A stretch of DNA of 64,000 nucleotides. Source: Vicugna vicugna (lineage: Eukaryota). Where the stretch lies: positions 2,613,308 through 2,677,307 of the forward strand of contig MU061578.1 in assembly GCA_013265495.1 (NCBI GenBank), read 5' to 3'. The notes beneath the pieces are model-generated. The model saw only the letters and a list, made by a program, of their open reading frames with translations, did not search any database and was not told where the DNA came from. Below are positions 13,480-26,534 of this stretch, piece after piece (position 1 is the stretch's first letter; every line of letters starts with the position of its first letter). Made by a program: the position numbers and the translations under genes.

Positions 13480-13753
13480 TTTATCTGGCTAACCCCTACT
13501 GGTCCTCCAGGTCTCAGATGAAATCTCTCTTCCATGGAGGCGGTATTTTCTTCATAGCTCTCATCACCAGTTATGATGGGTGGATGTGTGCATTTTTCAG
13601 TTTAATTTCCATCTTCCCTACTAGCCCATGAGCTCCATGAAGGAAGGAACAATGTCTGATTTATTCACTATGTCCCCAAGACTTAGAAAAGTGTCTGGCA
13701 ATATTCAGTACTTAATAAATATTGGTTTGATGAATGAATGAATGAATGAATGA
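13480..13753 (+). mobile_element. L2 3' end with (TGAA)n tail
   Basis: ATGAGCTCCATGAAGGAAGGAAC...CTTAATAAATATTGG...(TGAA)n. Confidence 0.85.
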
Positions 13754-15509
13754 AGCACTATTAGCTCTTTGCAGCAGCTCTGGGATAGGATTTTGCATCC
13801 ATGTTCACCTCATCAAGACAGAACAATCTCCCCTTAGAAAGTACATTGAACTGAAGGGCAGAGCTGCTGCCTTCCACTCACACTGCCCCAAAGAGTAAGA
13901 GGCTCAAGGGTGTTCCAAGCCCTACATACCTATCTGAAGATAAATGCAAGAGGATCACCTAACACCTCTCCATAGTAGTATCACTGGGGAAGCTACTGAT
14001 TAATGTTTCTTAAAGGTGTAGCAGAGGATGCTACCAAAGTGTAAATTTGGCCAAAACTTAAGCATTTAAATTCTACTGCACAGGGGCTGTCAGAAAGCAA
14101 TATTTTGTGAGCTACAGATTCCAATAAAACTCACTCTGAGATGATGAAGGCTTCCTTGGTAGCCTAAGGTCTGGTGTATGAATAATCCGCCAGCATTATG
14201 CTGTGTCACTTAAATATTCCTTTGGAGATTTGTCAGAAGAAAATTTAAGTAAAATTAAAGTTCAAATGGAGATGAAAAATTAAATTATGATCAAAGCTAT
14301 AATCGTATATTGGATTTTTTAAAACACTGTAGAAAAAAGTCCCATTTAAGATTTCCTGTTTTGTATTTATGGATCCAAATGGAGGTATTCCCCCTGTGCC
14401 TTGTTTGAAAGGCTGATGTGCAAGGTTTAGCCTCCCCTGCCCCCTTATTTAGATGCTGAACCTAGCTCCAGGGGAAAAACAGCATCTCAGTTTCTATGGG
14501 CAATCCAATTTTAATCATTTTTGCTTTATTGGAATTTTCATAGGAGTCCAGGTACAAGAGATTCAGAATTAATCTAAGTCATAAACAAAGCAAAAATGGA
14601 GAGGAATGGAATGAATGATAATTCAATACCTATAAGGCATGGTTCTTTTTTTCCTAAAATGTGCAGTATGGTATAGGATAGGGGAGGGGACCAAAGCACT
14701 GTTTGGATCCAACCCTCTCAAAGTCAGAAATATGTCTGAAGTTTATCTAAAACACTGGCATCTGTGACTCCCACAAACAGCTTTTCTCCAGGGTTTCAGA
14801 ATGTTCCCTGCCACCTATCAAACTCAGAGAAGCAGTTGTCATGGAAAGAGAGGTGACAGCAAGCAAATATCTGGAAGCCCCTGGAGAGAGACATGGCTTG
14901 ACCGTGGAACTGAAATGAGCAATCCAAAAGAATAGAATTTACCACAGATTGAGCCCTACATGGACTGTCTGCATAGAATCCTCTGCCAGTGTGGCTCATG
15001 TGCTATAGTATAACAGCAAATCCCAGGGAAAACAGGGATGATATCCAAAGTGCCCTGTGACTACATCACAGGGGCCATCAACACCATGATGATCATATTA
15101 ATGAAACTAGCAAAGCATCTTCTCTAGTCTAGACCAATGGCCTCTCTGAGCATAAGCTTATGGCAGTTTTTCACTGATCAAAAACAATAAAGACTATTTT
15201 TTAACTTGAAATTTTCTTATCAACCAGAAGACACTTCAAAGCACACAGAGAATACTAAAACACATTTGACTAATACAAAAGTAGGTGAGAAAGGAAAAAT
15301 AGAAGAACAAGGAACAGAAGATACAAATAAAAAATAAAACCCGAGATAGTAGACTTAAATCCAACTATACCAGTAATTACATTAAATGTAAGTGGCTTAA
15401 ACATGCCTTGTAAAAGGCACTGATTGATAGACTGAACTAAAAAGCAAGATCAACTATATGCTACTTATAAGAAACATAAGCAAAAGAGCAAGAAAGGATG
15501 AAGAAAGGA

Positions 15510-15692
15510 TGTGCAAAATGGAAGCCAGTGTCATTTTGTAAACTGATCTCCAAAGTAACATCCCATCACCTTTTCCATATTATTCATTAAAAGTGATTCA
15601 CAAGGTTTAGCTCACACAAGTGGAGATTACACAAGGGTGTGAATACCAAGAGGCAGAGACTCCTGGGAACCATTTCAGACACTGTCTATTAA
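15510..15692 (-). mobile_element. MLT1 LTR fragment inside the old L1
   Basis: GGAGATTACACAAGGGTGTGAATACCAAGAGGCAG...GGGAACCATTTCAG resembles reverse MLT1F/G. Confidence 0.7.
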
Positions 15693-16178
15693 ACAAATCT
15701 ACCAAGAGTGATCAAGGGGGAAAAAAGTAAAACACAAAACACCCATATCAGGAATTAAAGAGGTGATATCAGTACAGATCATACAGATATGCAAAGGAGA
15801 ATAAGATAAAATGAACAACATTGTGTCAGTAAGTTCAACAATCTAGATGAAATGGACAAATTCCTTGAAAGACACAAGTAGTAAAATGGAAAAAAGAAGA
15901 AATAGAAAACATAAATATCCCTACTAAACAAATTGAATCTATAATTTCATATTTTTCCACAAAGAAAAGTCCCAGTCCCAGATGTCTTCACTGGTAAAGT
16001 CTATCAAATATTTAATAAATAAATAATATAAATATACCCACACTCTTTCATAAAATAAGAGAACATTTCCAATTCATTTTATGAGGTCAGGCCACATACA
16101 AACAGCAACAACAAAAACCACATACCAATATTCTCATGAACACTGATGTAAAAATCCTTAATAAAATACTTGCAAATC

Positions 16179-16764
16179 CAAAAAAACACCTGCACGCCAA
16201 TGTTCATAGCAGCACTATTTACAATAGCCAAGACATGGAAACAGCCTAAATGTCCATCAACAGATGACTAGATAAAGAAGATGTGGTATATTTACACAAT
16301 GGAATACTATTCAGCCGTAAAAATGACAACGTAACACTATTTGCAGCAACATGGATGTCCCAGGAGAATGTTATTCTAAGTGAAGTAAGCCAGAAAGAGA
16401 AAGAAAAATACCATATGAGATCACTCATATGTGGAATCTAAAAAAAAAAAAGAAAAAAAATATAAAAAAGAAACAGACTCATAGACATAGAATACAAACT
16501 TGTGGTTGCCAAGGGGGAGGGGGTGGGCAGGGATAGACTGGGAGTTCAAAATTTGTAGATACTGACAGGCATACGTAGAATAGATAAACAAGATTATACT
16601 GTATAGCACAGGGAAATATATACAAGATCTTGTGGTAGCTCACAGCAAAAAAAAAATGTGACAATGAATATATGTATGTTCATGTGTAAGTGAAAAATTG
16701 TGCTCAGCACTAGAATTTGACACAACATTGTAAAATGACTATAACTCAATAAAAAATGTTTAAA
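16179..16764 (+). mobile_element. Young camelid-type L1 3' end (about 0.6 kb) with TSD
   Basis: TSD AAAATACTTGCA(A/G)ATC at 16163-16178 and 16765-16780; body highly similar to 23745-24330. Confidence 0.92.
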
Positions 16765-18298
16765 AAAATACTTGCAGATCAAATCCAGCAATATATAAAA
16801 AGGATAATACAACACAATAAAATGAAGTTTATCTCAGGAATGCACAGTCGGTTCAATATTCAAAAAGTAATTAGTGCAATTCATCACATTAAAGAAAAAA
16901 GGAGAAAATCATGCTTTTTCTCAATAGATGTAGAAAAGAAAAAACACTTGACAAAATTTAACACCCATTTATAATTTTTTTTTAAATCTCACCAAACTAG
17001 GAATAGAAAGAGACTTCCTCAATCTGATAAAAAGCATTATTTTAAAACTTACAGCTAACATTATACTTAATGGTAAAACAATAAATGTTTTCCCCTTATG
17101 ATAAGGAATAAGGCAAGGATGACCATTATCACTTCTTTTACTCAACATTTTGCTAGAATTCCTAGGTAGTCCAATAAGGCAAGTAAAATAAAAGGCATAA
17201 GACTACAAGAGACAGAAGTAAAACTGTCATTATTTACAAATGATTGTGTACATAAGAAAACCTATGAAATCTACAAAATTTATCATAATTAAGGAGTTTA
17301 GCAATATCTCTAAATATAAGGTCAATGTATAAAAGTCAATTAAATCTTTACACACTGGCAATGAATAATTGAAAGATAACATTTTAAAACAATACCATTT
17401 AAAATAGTATCAAAAGACATAAAATTAATAGGAATAAATCTGGAAGAAAGATTTACAAGACCTCTACACTGAAGATTAAAGAAGACCAAAATAAAATGGA
17501 TGGACATAACATGCTCATGGATTGGAAGATTAAATATTGTTAAAACATCAGTCCTTCTCAAATTGATCTATAGATTCAATGCAATCCCAGTTTCAAAAGA
17601 GTTTCATGTGAAACTCAACAGTCTGATTCTAAAATGTATACGGAAATGTAAACCACTTAAAATATCCAAAACAACCTTGAAAAAGGAGAATAAGATTAGA
17701 AAGCTTACACATCCTGATTTCAAAACCTAATATAAAGCCATGATAACCAAGATAGTGTGGTATTGGCATAAGGATGGATAATAGATCAATGGAACAAATT
17801 AGAGAATTCAAAAGTAGACCCACACATATATAGCTAATTGATCTTTTACAAAGATGCCAAATCAATTCAATGAGGAGAGGAATGCTTTCTTAACAACTGG
17901 TGGAAGAACAACTAGCCATCAACATGGAAATAAAAGAAACTTTGACCTCTACTTCACAGCATACACAAAAATTAATTTGAGATGGATAAGAGGCTTATCC
18001 AACACAAAGTTGAAACCATAAAACTTTGATGAAAAAAACACAGGGGAATATCCTTGTAACCTTGGGGTTAGCAAAGATTCTTAGACAAACAATGATAAAA
18101 AATGATAATTTAGAATTCATTAAAATTTTAAGCAGCTGCTTATTGGAGAACACCATTTTTAAAAGGACAACACAAGCCATGGACTGAAAGAAAATGTTTG
18201 CAACACATGCATCTGACAATGAACTGTTATCCTGAATATCTAAGTAAGCCCTACAAGTCAATAATAAAAAGATAAATAACCCAGTCAAAAAATGGACA

Positions 18299-19191
18299 GA
18301 AGACCTAAACAAACACTCCTCCATTGAAGACATATAGATGGCCAATAAGCAGATGGAAAGATGCTCAATATTGCTAATTATCAGAGAAATACAAATCAAA
18401 ACTACAATGAGGTATCACCTAACACTGGTCAGAATGGCCATCATTAAAAAGTCCACAAACAATAAATGCTGGAGGGGGTGTGGAGAAAAGAGAACCCTTC
18501 TACACTGTTGGTGGGAATGTAATTTGGTGCAGCCACTATTGAAAACAGTATGGAGAGTCCTTAAAAAGCTAAAAATAGACTTACTATATGATCCAGCAAT
18601 TCCACTCCTGGGTATATTTCCAGAGAAAACACTAATTAGAAAAGATACATGCACCCCAATATTCATAGAACAATAGCTAAGACATAGAAGCAACCTAAGT
18701 GTCCATTGACAGATGAATGGATAAAGAAGTTGTGGTATATAGATAATGGAACACTACTCAGCCATAAAAAATAATGAGATAATGACATTTGCAGCAATAT
18801 GGATGGACCTAGAGATTATCATACGTAGTGAAGTAAGTCAGAGAAAGACAAATATTATATGATGTCACTTATATGTGGAATCTAAGAAAAATGATACAAA
18901 TGAACAAAACAGAAGGAGATTCACAGACATAGGAAACAAATTTATGGTTACAGTGGAGGGAGGGCAAAGGGATAAATTAGGAGTTTGGGATTAACAGACA
19001 CAAATTACTATATATAAAATAGATAAACAACCAGGTCCCACTGTATAGCACAGGGAACTATATTCAATATATTGTAATAACCAACAATGAAAAAGAATAT
19101 GTATATATGTATAACTGAATCACTATGCTGTACACCAGAAACTAACACAACATTGTAAATCAACTGTACTTCAATTTAAAAAAAAGAAAAG
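18299..19191 (+). mobile_element. Intermediate-age L1 3' end (ORF2 C-terminus plus 3' UTR) nested in the old L1
   Basis: ORF 18338-18676 carries the ORF2 C-terminal motif MRYHLT...HCWWEC; A tail ~19178-19191; the host L1 resumes afterwards. Confidence 0.9.
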
Positions 19192-21576
19192 AAAAATAGA
19201 CAAAGACTGGAACATAAATTTTCCAAAAGAAAATAAGCAAATAGCCCATAAGTACATGAAAAACTGCTCAATATTATTTCATCATCAGAGATAAAAATTG
19301 AAGCCATGATGACATACCATTCCACATTGGGTGAGATGGCTGTAAGCAAAAATAATGACAATAGAAGATGTTGGTGAGCGTGTGGAATAACAGGAACTCT
19401 CCTCCATTGCTTATGAGAATGCAAAATGGTACAACCACTTTGGAAAATGCTTTGGCAGTTTCTTACTAAGTTAAATACACATCTACCCTATGACCCAATA
19501 ATTCCACCCCTAAGTATCTACTGAATAGAATGCAAACATACGTCCACACAAAGATTTGCAAGTATTTGTTCATAGGAGCTTTATTCAGAATAATGAAAAA
19601 CTGGAAACAAATGTCCATTTAGTGGTGGATGAATAAACACATTATGAACTATTCATAGAATGGACTACTGGTCACCAATAAAAATGTTAAAAGGGTAGGA
19701 TTACTGATACACATAACATGGATCAATCTCTAAAATATTTTGTCATAGAGGAAAAAGCCAGGCAAAAAGAAGAAGACATTATATGATTCCATTTATATGA
19801 AGTCCAATAACTCCCAAATTTAAACTTTGGTGATGGAGATCAGAAGAGAAACTGCCCCTAGGAGGTGAAAGGATTGGCAGGGTCACCAGGGGACTTTCTA
19901 GGACTAAGGAAATATTCTACATCTTGTTTATCATGATGGTTACACGAATGTACACAATTGTCAAAACTCATCAAACTGAATACTTAAGATCTGTGCATTT
20001 TATTGCACATTTTTGGAAAACCAAGTAGAACACACAACTACAGATTTCTTAAACAGTGCAGTCTGCACTCTGCAGAATATTGAATTTTTCAACATTCTCA
20101 GTGTCAATTTCATTTCTTTTATGCCCCTTGATTTTTTAAGTTTCTCCAACAAGCCAACCCCTGGCATACTATGTAGTCTTCCTGAATGTTTCTGGCCAGG
20201 CTATGTAGGACCAAACTCACATTTCAGTAACAGAAGTCTTTAATTGGGGGCACACTAGAAATCCACATCCATCATTTTGAGACTTATTAATCACTGTTAA
20301 CACTCCCCCAAGATTTGATCTTACTATTATTTCAAAATTAAATACATTGTCTGTGTTACACCTCTCACTACCAGATTACAAACCAGCTGCCTACACTGTA
20401 TTCTGTTCAAACCACAGAGTATTTTTTTTGAGTCAACATGCAGTAATTAGACGTTTTCACACAAAAATCCAGACTTCCAGATTTTTTTAAACCATCAGTA
20501 GATCCAGCAATAATTAACTGGTGCTAAAATATGGCAGCCTTCTTTTCAAAGGGCAGCTTATCACTTTTTTTACTTAAATATATTTATTTTTAAGGACTTA
20601 CTGCTATGCCCGCAAAAAATAAATTCAGTGGCGACATAACAATGTTACTCAATTCCAGCTGGATACTGTTAGCAGTACAGAAGAGTCTGGGATGTATACC
20701 TTGCTCTTTATGTTTAAAAGGAGAACATAAAGTGTTTAAGACATTTTATCACCTATAGAGTTTGTTCTCAACATAGTCATAAAGGTGAAAGAGAATTAAA
20801 AAGTAAGTAACTTTATCACATTGTAACTCAACTATTATTCAATACCAAGTCTGTGCAGCACATACACTTAGCTCTTGGTCCACTTAAAAATCTTTTTGTA
20901 TGCAAACACTAACATCAGTTCCGAAATGAGAAACACTGCCGCAAGTCTAAATTCCTCCATTGAACTCTGAGTTCCTCAAGGAACAAGGATATATCTTATT
21001 GATTTTTACATCCTGGAACCAAGCACAATATCTGGCCCAGAGCATTAACATATTTTTTCATTAAATGGACTCAATGGGCACTGGGTATATAAACATCTCT
21101 CAAGCAGGAAACTGGAATGCAGTGGAGAGGCAGAATTTAAAACAGGAAGGTAGCTCCCGCCTGCTCTTCTAGTGAAGAACCCAAAGTGACAGATACCACC
21201 AAGGACAGAGTCCCTCAAAGATATCTTGAAGATTCTGCTTCTATAAAATGTCACATCCAGCTTTAACACCCAGTTTAGTGCATGTTCCTGACAAGTCAAA
21301 CTGGGAAAGGTATACAGGGTCCAGGGTTAGATCTCCAAGGTGGGATGAAGAAGATTTTGTGAGAACAATGCAGGAAGATCTCATGAGGAACTTTGGGGCT
21401 AGCGAGGAAGGTGCCTTTCATATCCAGGAGACCAAAGACCAGTAATGACCTGATAATATTAACAATGGTAATAGCGATGATAATAATAAATAACAGTAAA
21501 TAATCCTCTCATTTAATCTTCACTATAATCCTGTGGGGTAAGAAGCATAATTATCCCCACTTCATATATGGAAAAC

Positions 21577-22105
21577 TATGGCAGATTCCCACCTCCTGAT
21601 TTTCCTACATTTGTGTAATCCCTCCCCTTCCATGTAGGTGGGAACTGTGACTTGCTTCTAACCAAAAGGATATGGCAAAGGGGATGTTTGCGATTGTTAG
21701 GTAAGATTGTAAGACTGTCTTGCTAAGAGAATCTTTGGCTGGCCGCCTTGGAGAAGCCAGCCACCATGTTGTGAGTTACCATCGTGGAGAGGCCCACATG
21801 GCAAGGAGCTGTTGTTTGACAACAACCAATGAGAAATCGGGGCCCTGAGTCTGACAGCCTGCAAGAAACTGAATGTCATCAACAATCATGCAAGCTTGGA
21901 AGCAGATCCATCATCACTGGAGTCTCCAGACGAGGACATAGCCCAGTCAACACCCCGAATTGCAGCCTTATGAGACTCAGAGCAAAGGACTCACCAAAGC
22001 CCCACTGACTCCTGACCCACAGGAACTTAGCCCTAACAAGTGTATGTTATTTTAAGCTACTAAATTGGCGGTAATATTGTTACACAACAGTAGACAACAA
22101 ATATA
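21577..22105 (+). mobile_element. MLT1 (MLT1F-like) solo LTR inserted in a MIR, 5-bp TSD AAAAC
   Basis: TGTGTAATCCCTCCCC...TGACTTGCTTCTAACCAA...TTTTAAGCTACTAAATT...GTTACACAACAGTAGACAACAAATATA; AAAAC at 21572-21576 and 22106-22110 rebuilds MIR GAAAACTGAG. Confidence 0.88.
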
Positions 22106-22863
22106 AAAACTGAGTCTTCCATAATTGATAGAACTAAGGAAGAACTTGGATTTGAACCTGATTTCAGAGTTGTGGTTTAGAGTCCTGGCCCCCACCCATA
22201 AGATTCTGACTTGACAGGTCAGAGTTGGAGACAGAGAAGCTACACAGCTAGCAAGGATCCTGGGGCATTTGGCGCAGCTGGTCTTTAGACCACAATGTAC
22301 AAATTACCCCCAAAACATAAGGGAAAATGGAAAGGCAGAGCCATGCTAGTAACTAGAAGAGAACACAAGTATAATGTGAAAGGGTTGATTCCAGGAGGAG
22401 AGTCTTAAGCAATTCTCAGGCCAGGCTGCACATTAGAACTACCTGGGGGCTTTTAAAATCCAAATCCAGGCTCCACTCCCTGGACCAATGACTTTTGAAC
22501 CCCTGAAAATGGAACACAAGCATCAGTATTTTTTTTAAACTGACATAAATTGTACATAACATAAAAGTCACCATTTTAAAGTGTACAAGGAACTCAATAT
22601 CATTTGGTGTATTCACAGTGTTGTGCAACCACCACATCTATCTAGTTCCAAAACATTCTCACCTGGTCTAAAGGAAATCTCACACCCATTAGCAGTCAGT
22701 CACTCCCCCTTTTCTCCAGCCCCCAAGCTGCTTTCTGCCTCAATGGATTTGCCTATGCTGGATAGTTCATATAAATAGAATCACATCATATATACAGTAG
22801 CCAAAAGGTAGAAATAGCCCGGATGTTCATCAACAAATAAATGGATTAAAAAAAAAGTATTGT

Positions 22864-24352
22864 CAGACATATGGACCAATGGAACAGAACAGAGAGCCCA
22901 GAAATGAACCCACAAACATTTGATCAACTAATCTTCAACAAAGGAGGCAAGAATATACAATGGAATAAAGACAGCCTCTTCAGCAAATGGTGTTGGGAAA
23001 ACTGGACAACAGCATGTAAATCAATGAAGCTAGAACATTCCCTTACACCATATACAAAAATAAACTCAAAATGGATAAAAGACTTAAACATAAGACAAGA
23101 TACAATAAATCTCCTAGAAGAAAATATAGGCAAAAGATTATCTCACATACATCTCAAAAATGCTCTCCTAGGGCAGTCTACCCAAGCAACAGAAATAAAA
23201 GCAAGAATAAACAAATGGGACTTAATTAAACTTACAAGCTTCTGCACAGCAAAGGAAACCATAAGTAAAATAAAACAACCTATGGAATGGGAGAACATTT
23301 TTGCAAACGATGAAACCGACAAAGGCTTGATCTCCAGAATATATAAGCAGCTCATATGGCATAATAAAAAAAAAAACCCAATCCAAAAATGGGCAGAAGA
23401 CCTAAACAAGCAATTCTCCAAGGAAGAAATACAAATGATCAATAGGCACATGAAAAAAATGCTCAATATCACTAATTATCAGGTAAATGCAAATCAAAAC
23501 TACAATGAGGTATTACCTCACACCAGCCAGAATGGCCATAATTCAAAAGTCTACAAATGACAAGTGCTGGAGAGGCTTTGGAGAAAAGGAAACTCTCCTA
23601 CACTGCTGGTGGGAATGCAGTTTGGTGCAGCCACTGTGGAAAACAGTATGGAGATTCCTCAAAAGACTAGGAATAGACTTACCACATGACCCAGGAATCC
23701 CACTCCTGGGCATATATCCAGAAGGAACCCTACTTCAAAATGACACCTGCACCCCAATGTTCATAGCAGCACTATTTACAATAGCCAAGACAAGGAAACA
23801 GACTAAATGTCCATCAACAGATGACTGGATAAAGAAGATGTGGTATATTTATACAATGGAATACTATTCAGCCATATAAATGACAACACAACGCCATTTG
23901 CAGCAACATGGATGCTCCTGGAGAATGTCATTCTAAGTGAAGTAAGCCAGAAAGAGAAAGAAAAATACCATATAAGATCACTCATATGTGGAATCTAAAA
24001 ACAACCCCCAAAAAAGAACATAAATACAAAACAGAAACAGACTCATAGACATAGAATACAAACTTGTGGTTGCCAAGGGGGAGAGGGGTGGGAAGGGAAA
24101 GGCTAGGATTTCAGAATTTGTAGATACTGACAAAGCATATGCAGAATAGATAAACAAGATTATAGTGTATAGCACAGGGAAATATATACAAGATCTTGTG
24201 GTAGCTCACAGCGAAAAAAATGTGACAGAGAGTGTGTGTATATGTCCATGTATGACTGAAAAATTGTTCTGAACACTGGAATTTGACACAACATTGTAAA
24301 ATGATTATAAATCAATAAAAAATGCTTTAAAAAAAGAAAGAAAGAAAGAAAG
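22864..24352 (+). mobile_element. Young 5'-truncated camelid-type L1 (ORF2 C-terminal part with frameshifts, 3' UTR, A/(GAAA)n tail)
   Basis: ORFs 22871-23560 and 23487-23879 translate to L1 ORF2 ([10 protein letters not shown]...KWCWENW...HCWWEC...YTMEYYSAI). Confidence 0.96.
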
Positions 24353-24456
24353 TATTCAAAAATTGTTATCAATCAAACAGATGCATAAATAAAGTGTAAT
24401 TTATTGCATGTTTTCTTCCAGGTAGTAAAAAATGATGTGACTTTAGAAAAAAAAAG

Positions 24457-24528
24457 TTGTGCTCAGCACTGGAATTTGACACAACATTGTAAAATGACTA
24501 TAACTCAATAAAAATGATTTTTTAAAAA
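24457..24528 (+). mobile_element. Very short (~70 bp) L1 3' terminal copy
   Basis: TTGTGCTCAGCACTGGAATTTGACACAACATTGTAAAATGACTATAACTCAATAAAAA is near-identical to 16698-16756. Confidence 0.85.
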
Positions 24529-26534
24529 ATATGGTCTATTAGTATGATGGAACATTATTCAGCCATAAAAAGGAATGAAGTGCCAAAATAGGCTATAATG
24601 TGCATAAACCTCAAAAACACTACACTGAGTGACTGAGACATCAGATTTTTTTTTAATCTCCCAGGGGATACCAAGGTGCAGCCAAGGTTGAGACCCATTG
24701 GTCTAAGCAATAGACATAGTTCAGGCTGAATTAAATAAGGCAGTCAGGGGAGGGAGGGACATTTCATTGAGGATGACCATGTGAGGATGCCCAGCCGCTG
24801 CCAGGATGGGGGTGAGCCATGATGATGGCAGCCCTGATCCCAGCACATGGGGACAGATTTCAGCTCCTTTGGATCCTCAGCCAGCTGATACATTTCATGG
24901 GCTCTCCAGCTCTAGGACAGAGGAGGCCAAGGAACCCAGTGAGAGGGCATTCAGAAAGAAAATTCATGGTATTTTCCCTTGGGGTATACAGAGACCAGCC
25001 TTGATCTCAGCCATGGGTCCAACCTAACTTTCCAAATTCCTTCTTAAATTTGACTTGCCACTTCCAGAAAACCCAAAACTCTGCCCCAAAGTCAAAGTGT
25101 GACACCCCAGAGATCATTTAAGAGGAGTGAGCTTTCAAAAACAACACTGGTACCCATATCAGACTGGAATCATCCCTTCCGAGTGAGGGGAAGTGAGGGT
25201 GTTGGCACTCCAGAGTCTATTTGCATCGGGTTTTTATGGAAAATATGGTCATGTCACTCACAGGAAAAACAAATCACAGCCCACACTGGAGCTGTGGCTT
25301 AATAATACAGCTGAGCGTTAGTGCAGGCTTTCCACGGCAATATCAAACCTGAGAAAACTAGCCACAAGCTCCCAGAAACATTTCTGCCAAATGATTTGGG
25401 GGGAAAAAATAGCAGAGATGCCCCTTAATGTTGCCTTCTCTGCACGAAGAGGTTCGGGTAGCAACGCCAAATATGCTCATTGCTGGGGTCTTTCCAGTCA
25501 AAGCAAGCTGAGCGTGGACTGTCCTCCTGCAGCAGGCCAGGCGTGGATTTAGACCAATGTAATAACACTGGTGCAAATGTGAATAGATTTAACTCCCCCA
25601 CAGCAATCTAGATTATTTTAATATGTTTTCTCGGTGGCATTCCGTATTTCTCCCAAAAGCAAATGAACATCCCTCAGCAATGAATTAAAACAAAGAAGTA
25701 ATAAGTTGAGGACACAGGGCTCAGGGTGGGAGTTGCTGGCTGTACAAGAACATACTGCAAGTGGCATTTCCAAGTCTAGACGTCTTCATCATAAACGCCA
25801 GCACTCCTGTTTGCAGAGACCCCAAGCTTCTCAGAAAGGAGGACACACCTAGCGGTTTGTTTCAAGCTTCTTGTCCACACCCTTTTTCTCCAGACCTCCG
25901 GCCCACCCAACCCACCTTCCACGGCTAAGTCATGTAGAGTTTTACCTCCTAAATGTCTCTGGAATCCACTCACAGCTCAGCCACCCTCTGACATCATTAT
26001 GAATCAAGCCACCACCGTCTCTGGCTGCTTGAATATAAACACCTCTGAACTGGTCTCCCCATTTCTCCTTCTCCTTGTTGCAATCTGTGCCCCACACAGA
26101 GATCAAAGCAATACCTTCAGAATCACATACAAACAGATCACTCCCTTCCAGTGGCTCCCCGTTGCTCTGTGGGTTAACCATCACACAAGCCCAGCTCTAC
26201 TAAGCACAATTCTCTCATTTCATCCTTACAACAGCCCTTTATTTCACCAACAGGTGGTTAACTGGGATGCCCAAGGTGACAGAGCTAGAGTATAGTTCCA
26301 GTGTCTTCACAGAAGACTTCCATGAGCCAGGCTCTCCCTCCTCCAGCTCTCCCTTGCCTTCCAGTCTCCAGCCACATAAACCTCTCCAACGCCCCTCAAA
26401 TGTGCTACATTCCTTTTGGCCTCAGGGCCTTCACATGTGCTGTTTCTCACCCTGAAATGTCATTGTCAACCTTTCTTACCTGGTTAACACACCCTCCAGG
26501 TCTCCCCTGAAATGTCATCTCATGATAAAGACTT

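Larger units (their letters stand above)
15230..20010 (+). mobile_element. Long degenerate old L1M (ORF2 from endonuclease start to 3' UTR, with deletions) hosting nested insertions
   Basis: EN-start motif ATTACATTAAATGTAAGTGGCTTAAAC (~15376); ORF2 remnants in ORFs 16756-16974 and 17500-17730; L1MC/MD-type 3' UTR to ~20010. Confidence 0.88.
22535..24635 (-). mobile_element. L1MB 3' end with inverted 5' part (minus 22535-22792; plus 22793-22855 and 24525-24635)
   Basis: Antisense L1MB tail joined to a sense piece that lies just upstream in the element; duplicated CATCAG(T)ATTTTTTTT flanks. Confidence 0.8.
22405..24700. mobile_element. MER5A split into two halves (~22405-22530 and ~24645-24700) by an L1 composite
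   Basis: Left GGCTGCACATTAGAACTACCTGGGGGCTTTTAAAA...GCATCAGTATTTTT; right TCCCAGGGGATACCAAGGTGCAGCCAAGGTTGAGACCCATTG. Confidence 0.8.

Noticed and set aside
20430..20930. Possible hAT/Charlie-type remnants (also ~1515-1750) and an LTR16-like piece at ~13110-13300
   Set aside because: They look like old repeats, but I could not assign family or boundaries with enough confidence.
22871..23879. Longest ORFs in the window (229 aa and 130 aa) as a gene
   Set aside because: Frameshifted, 5'-truncated L1 ORF2. The same applies to the ORFs at 7258, 17500, 18338, 33063, 63328 and their antisense shadows.
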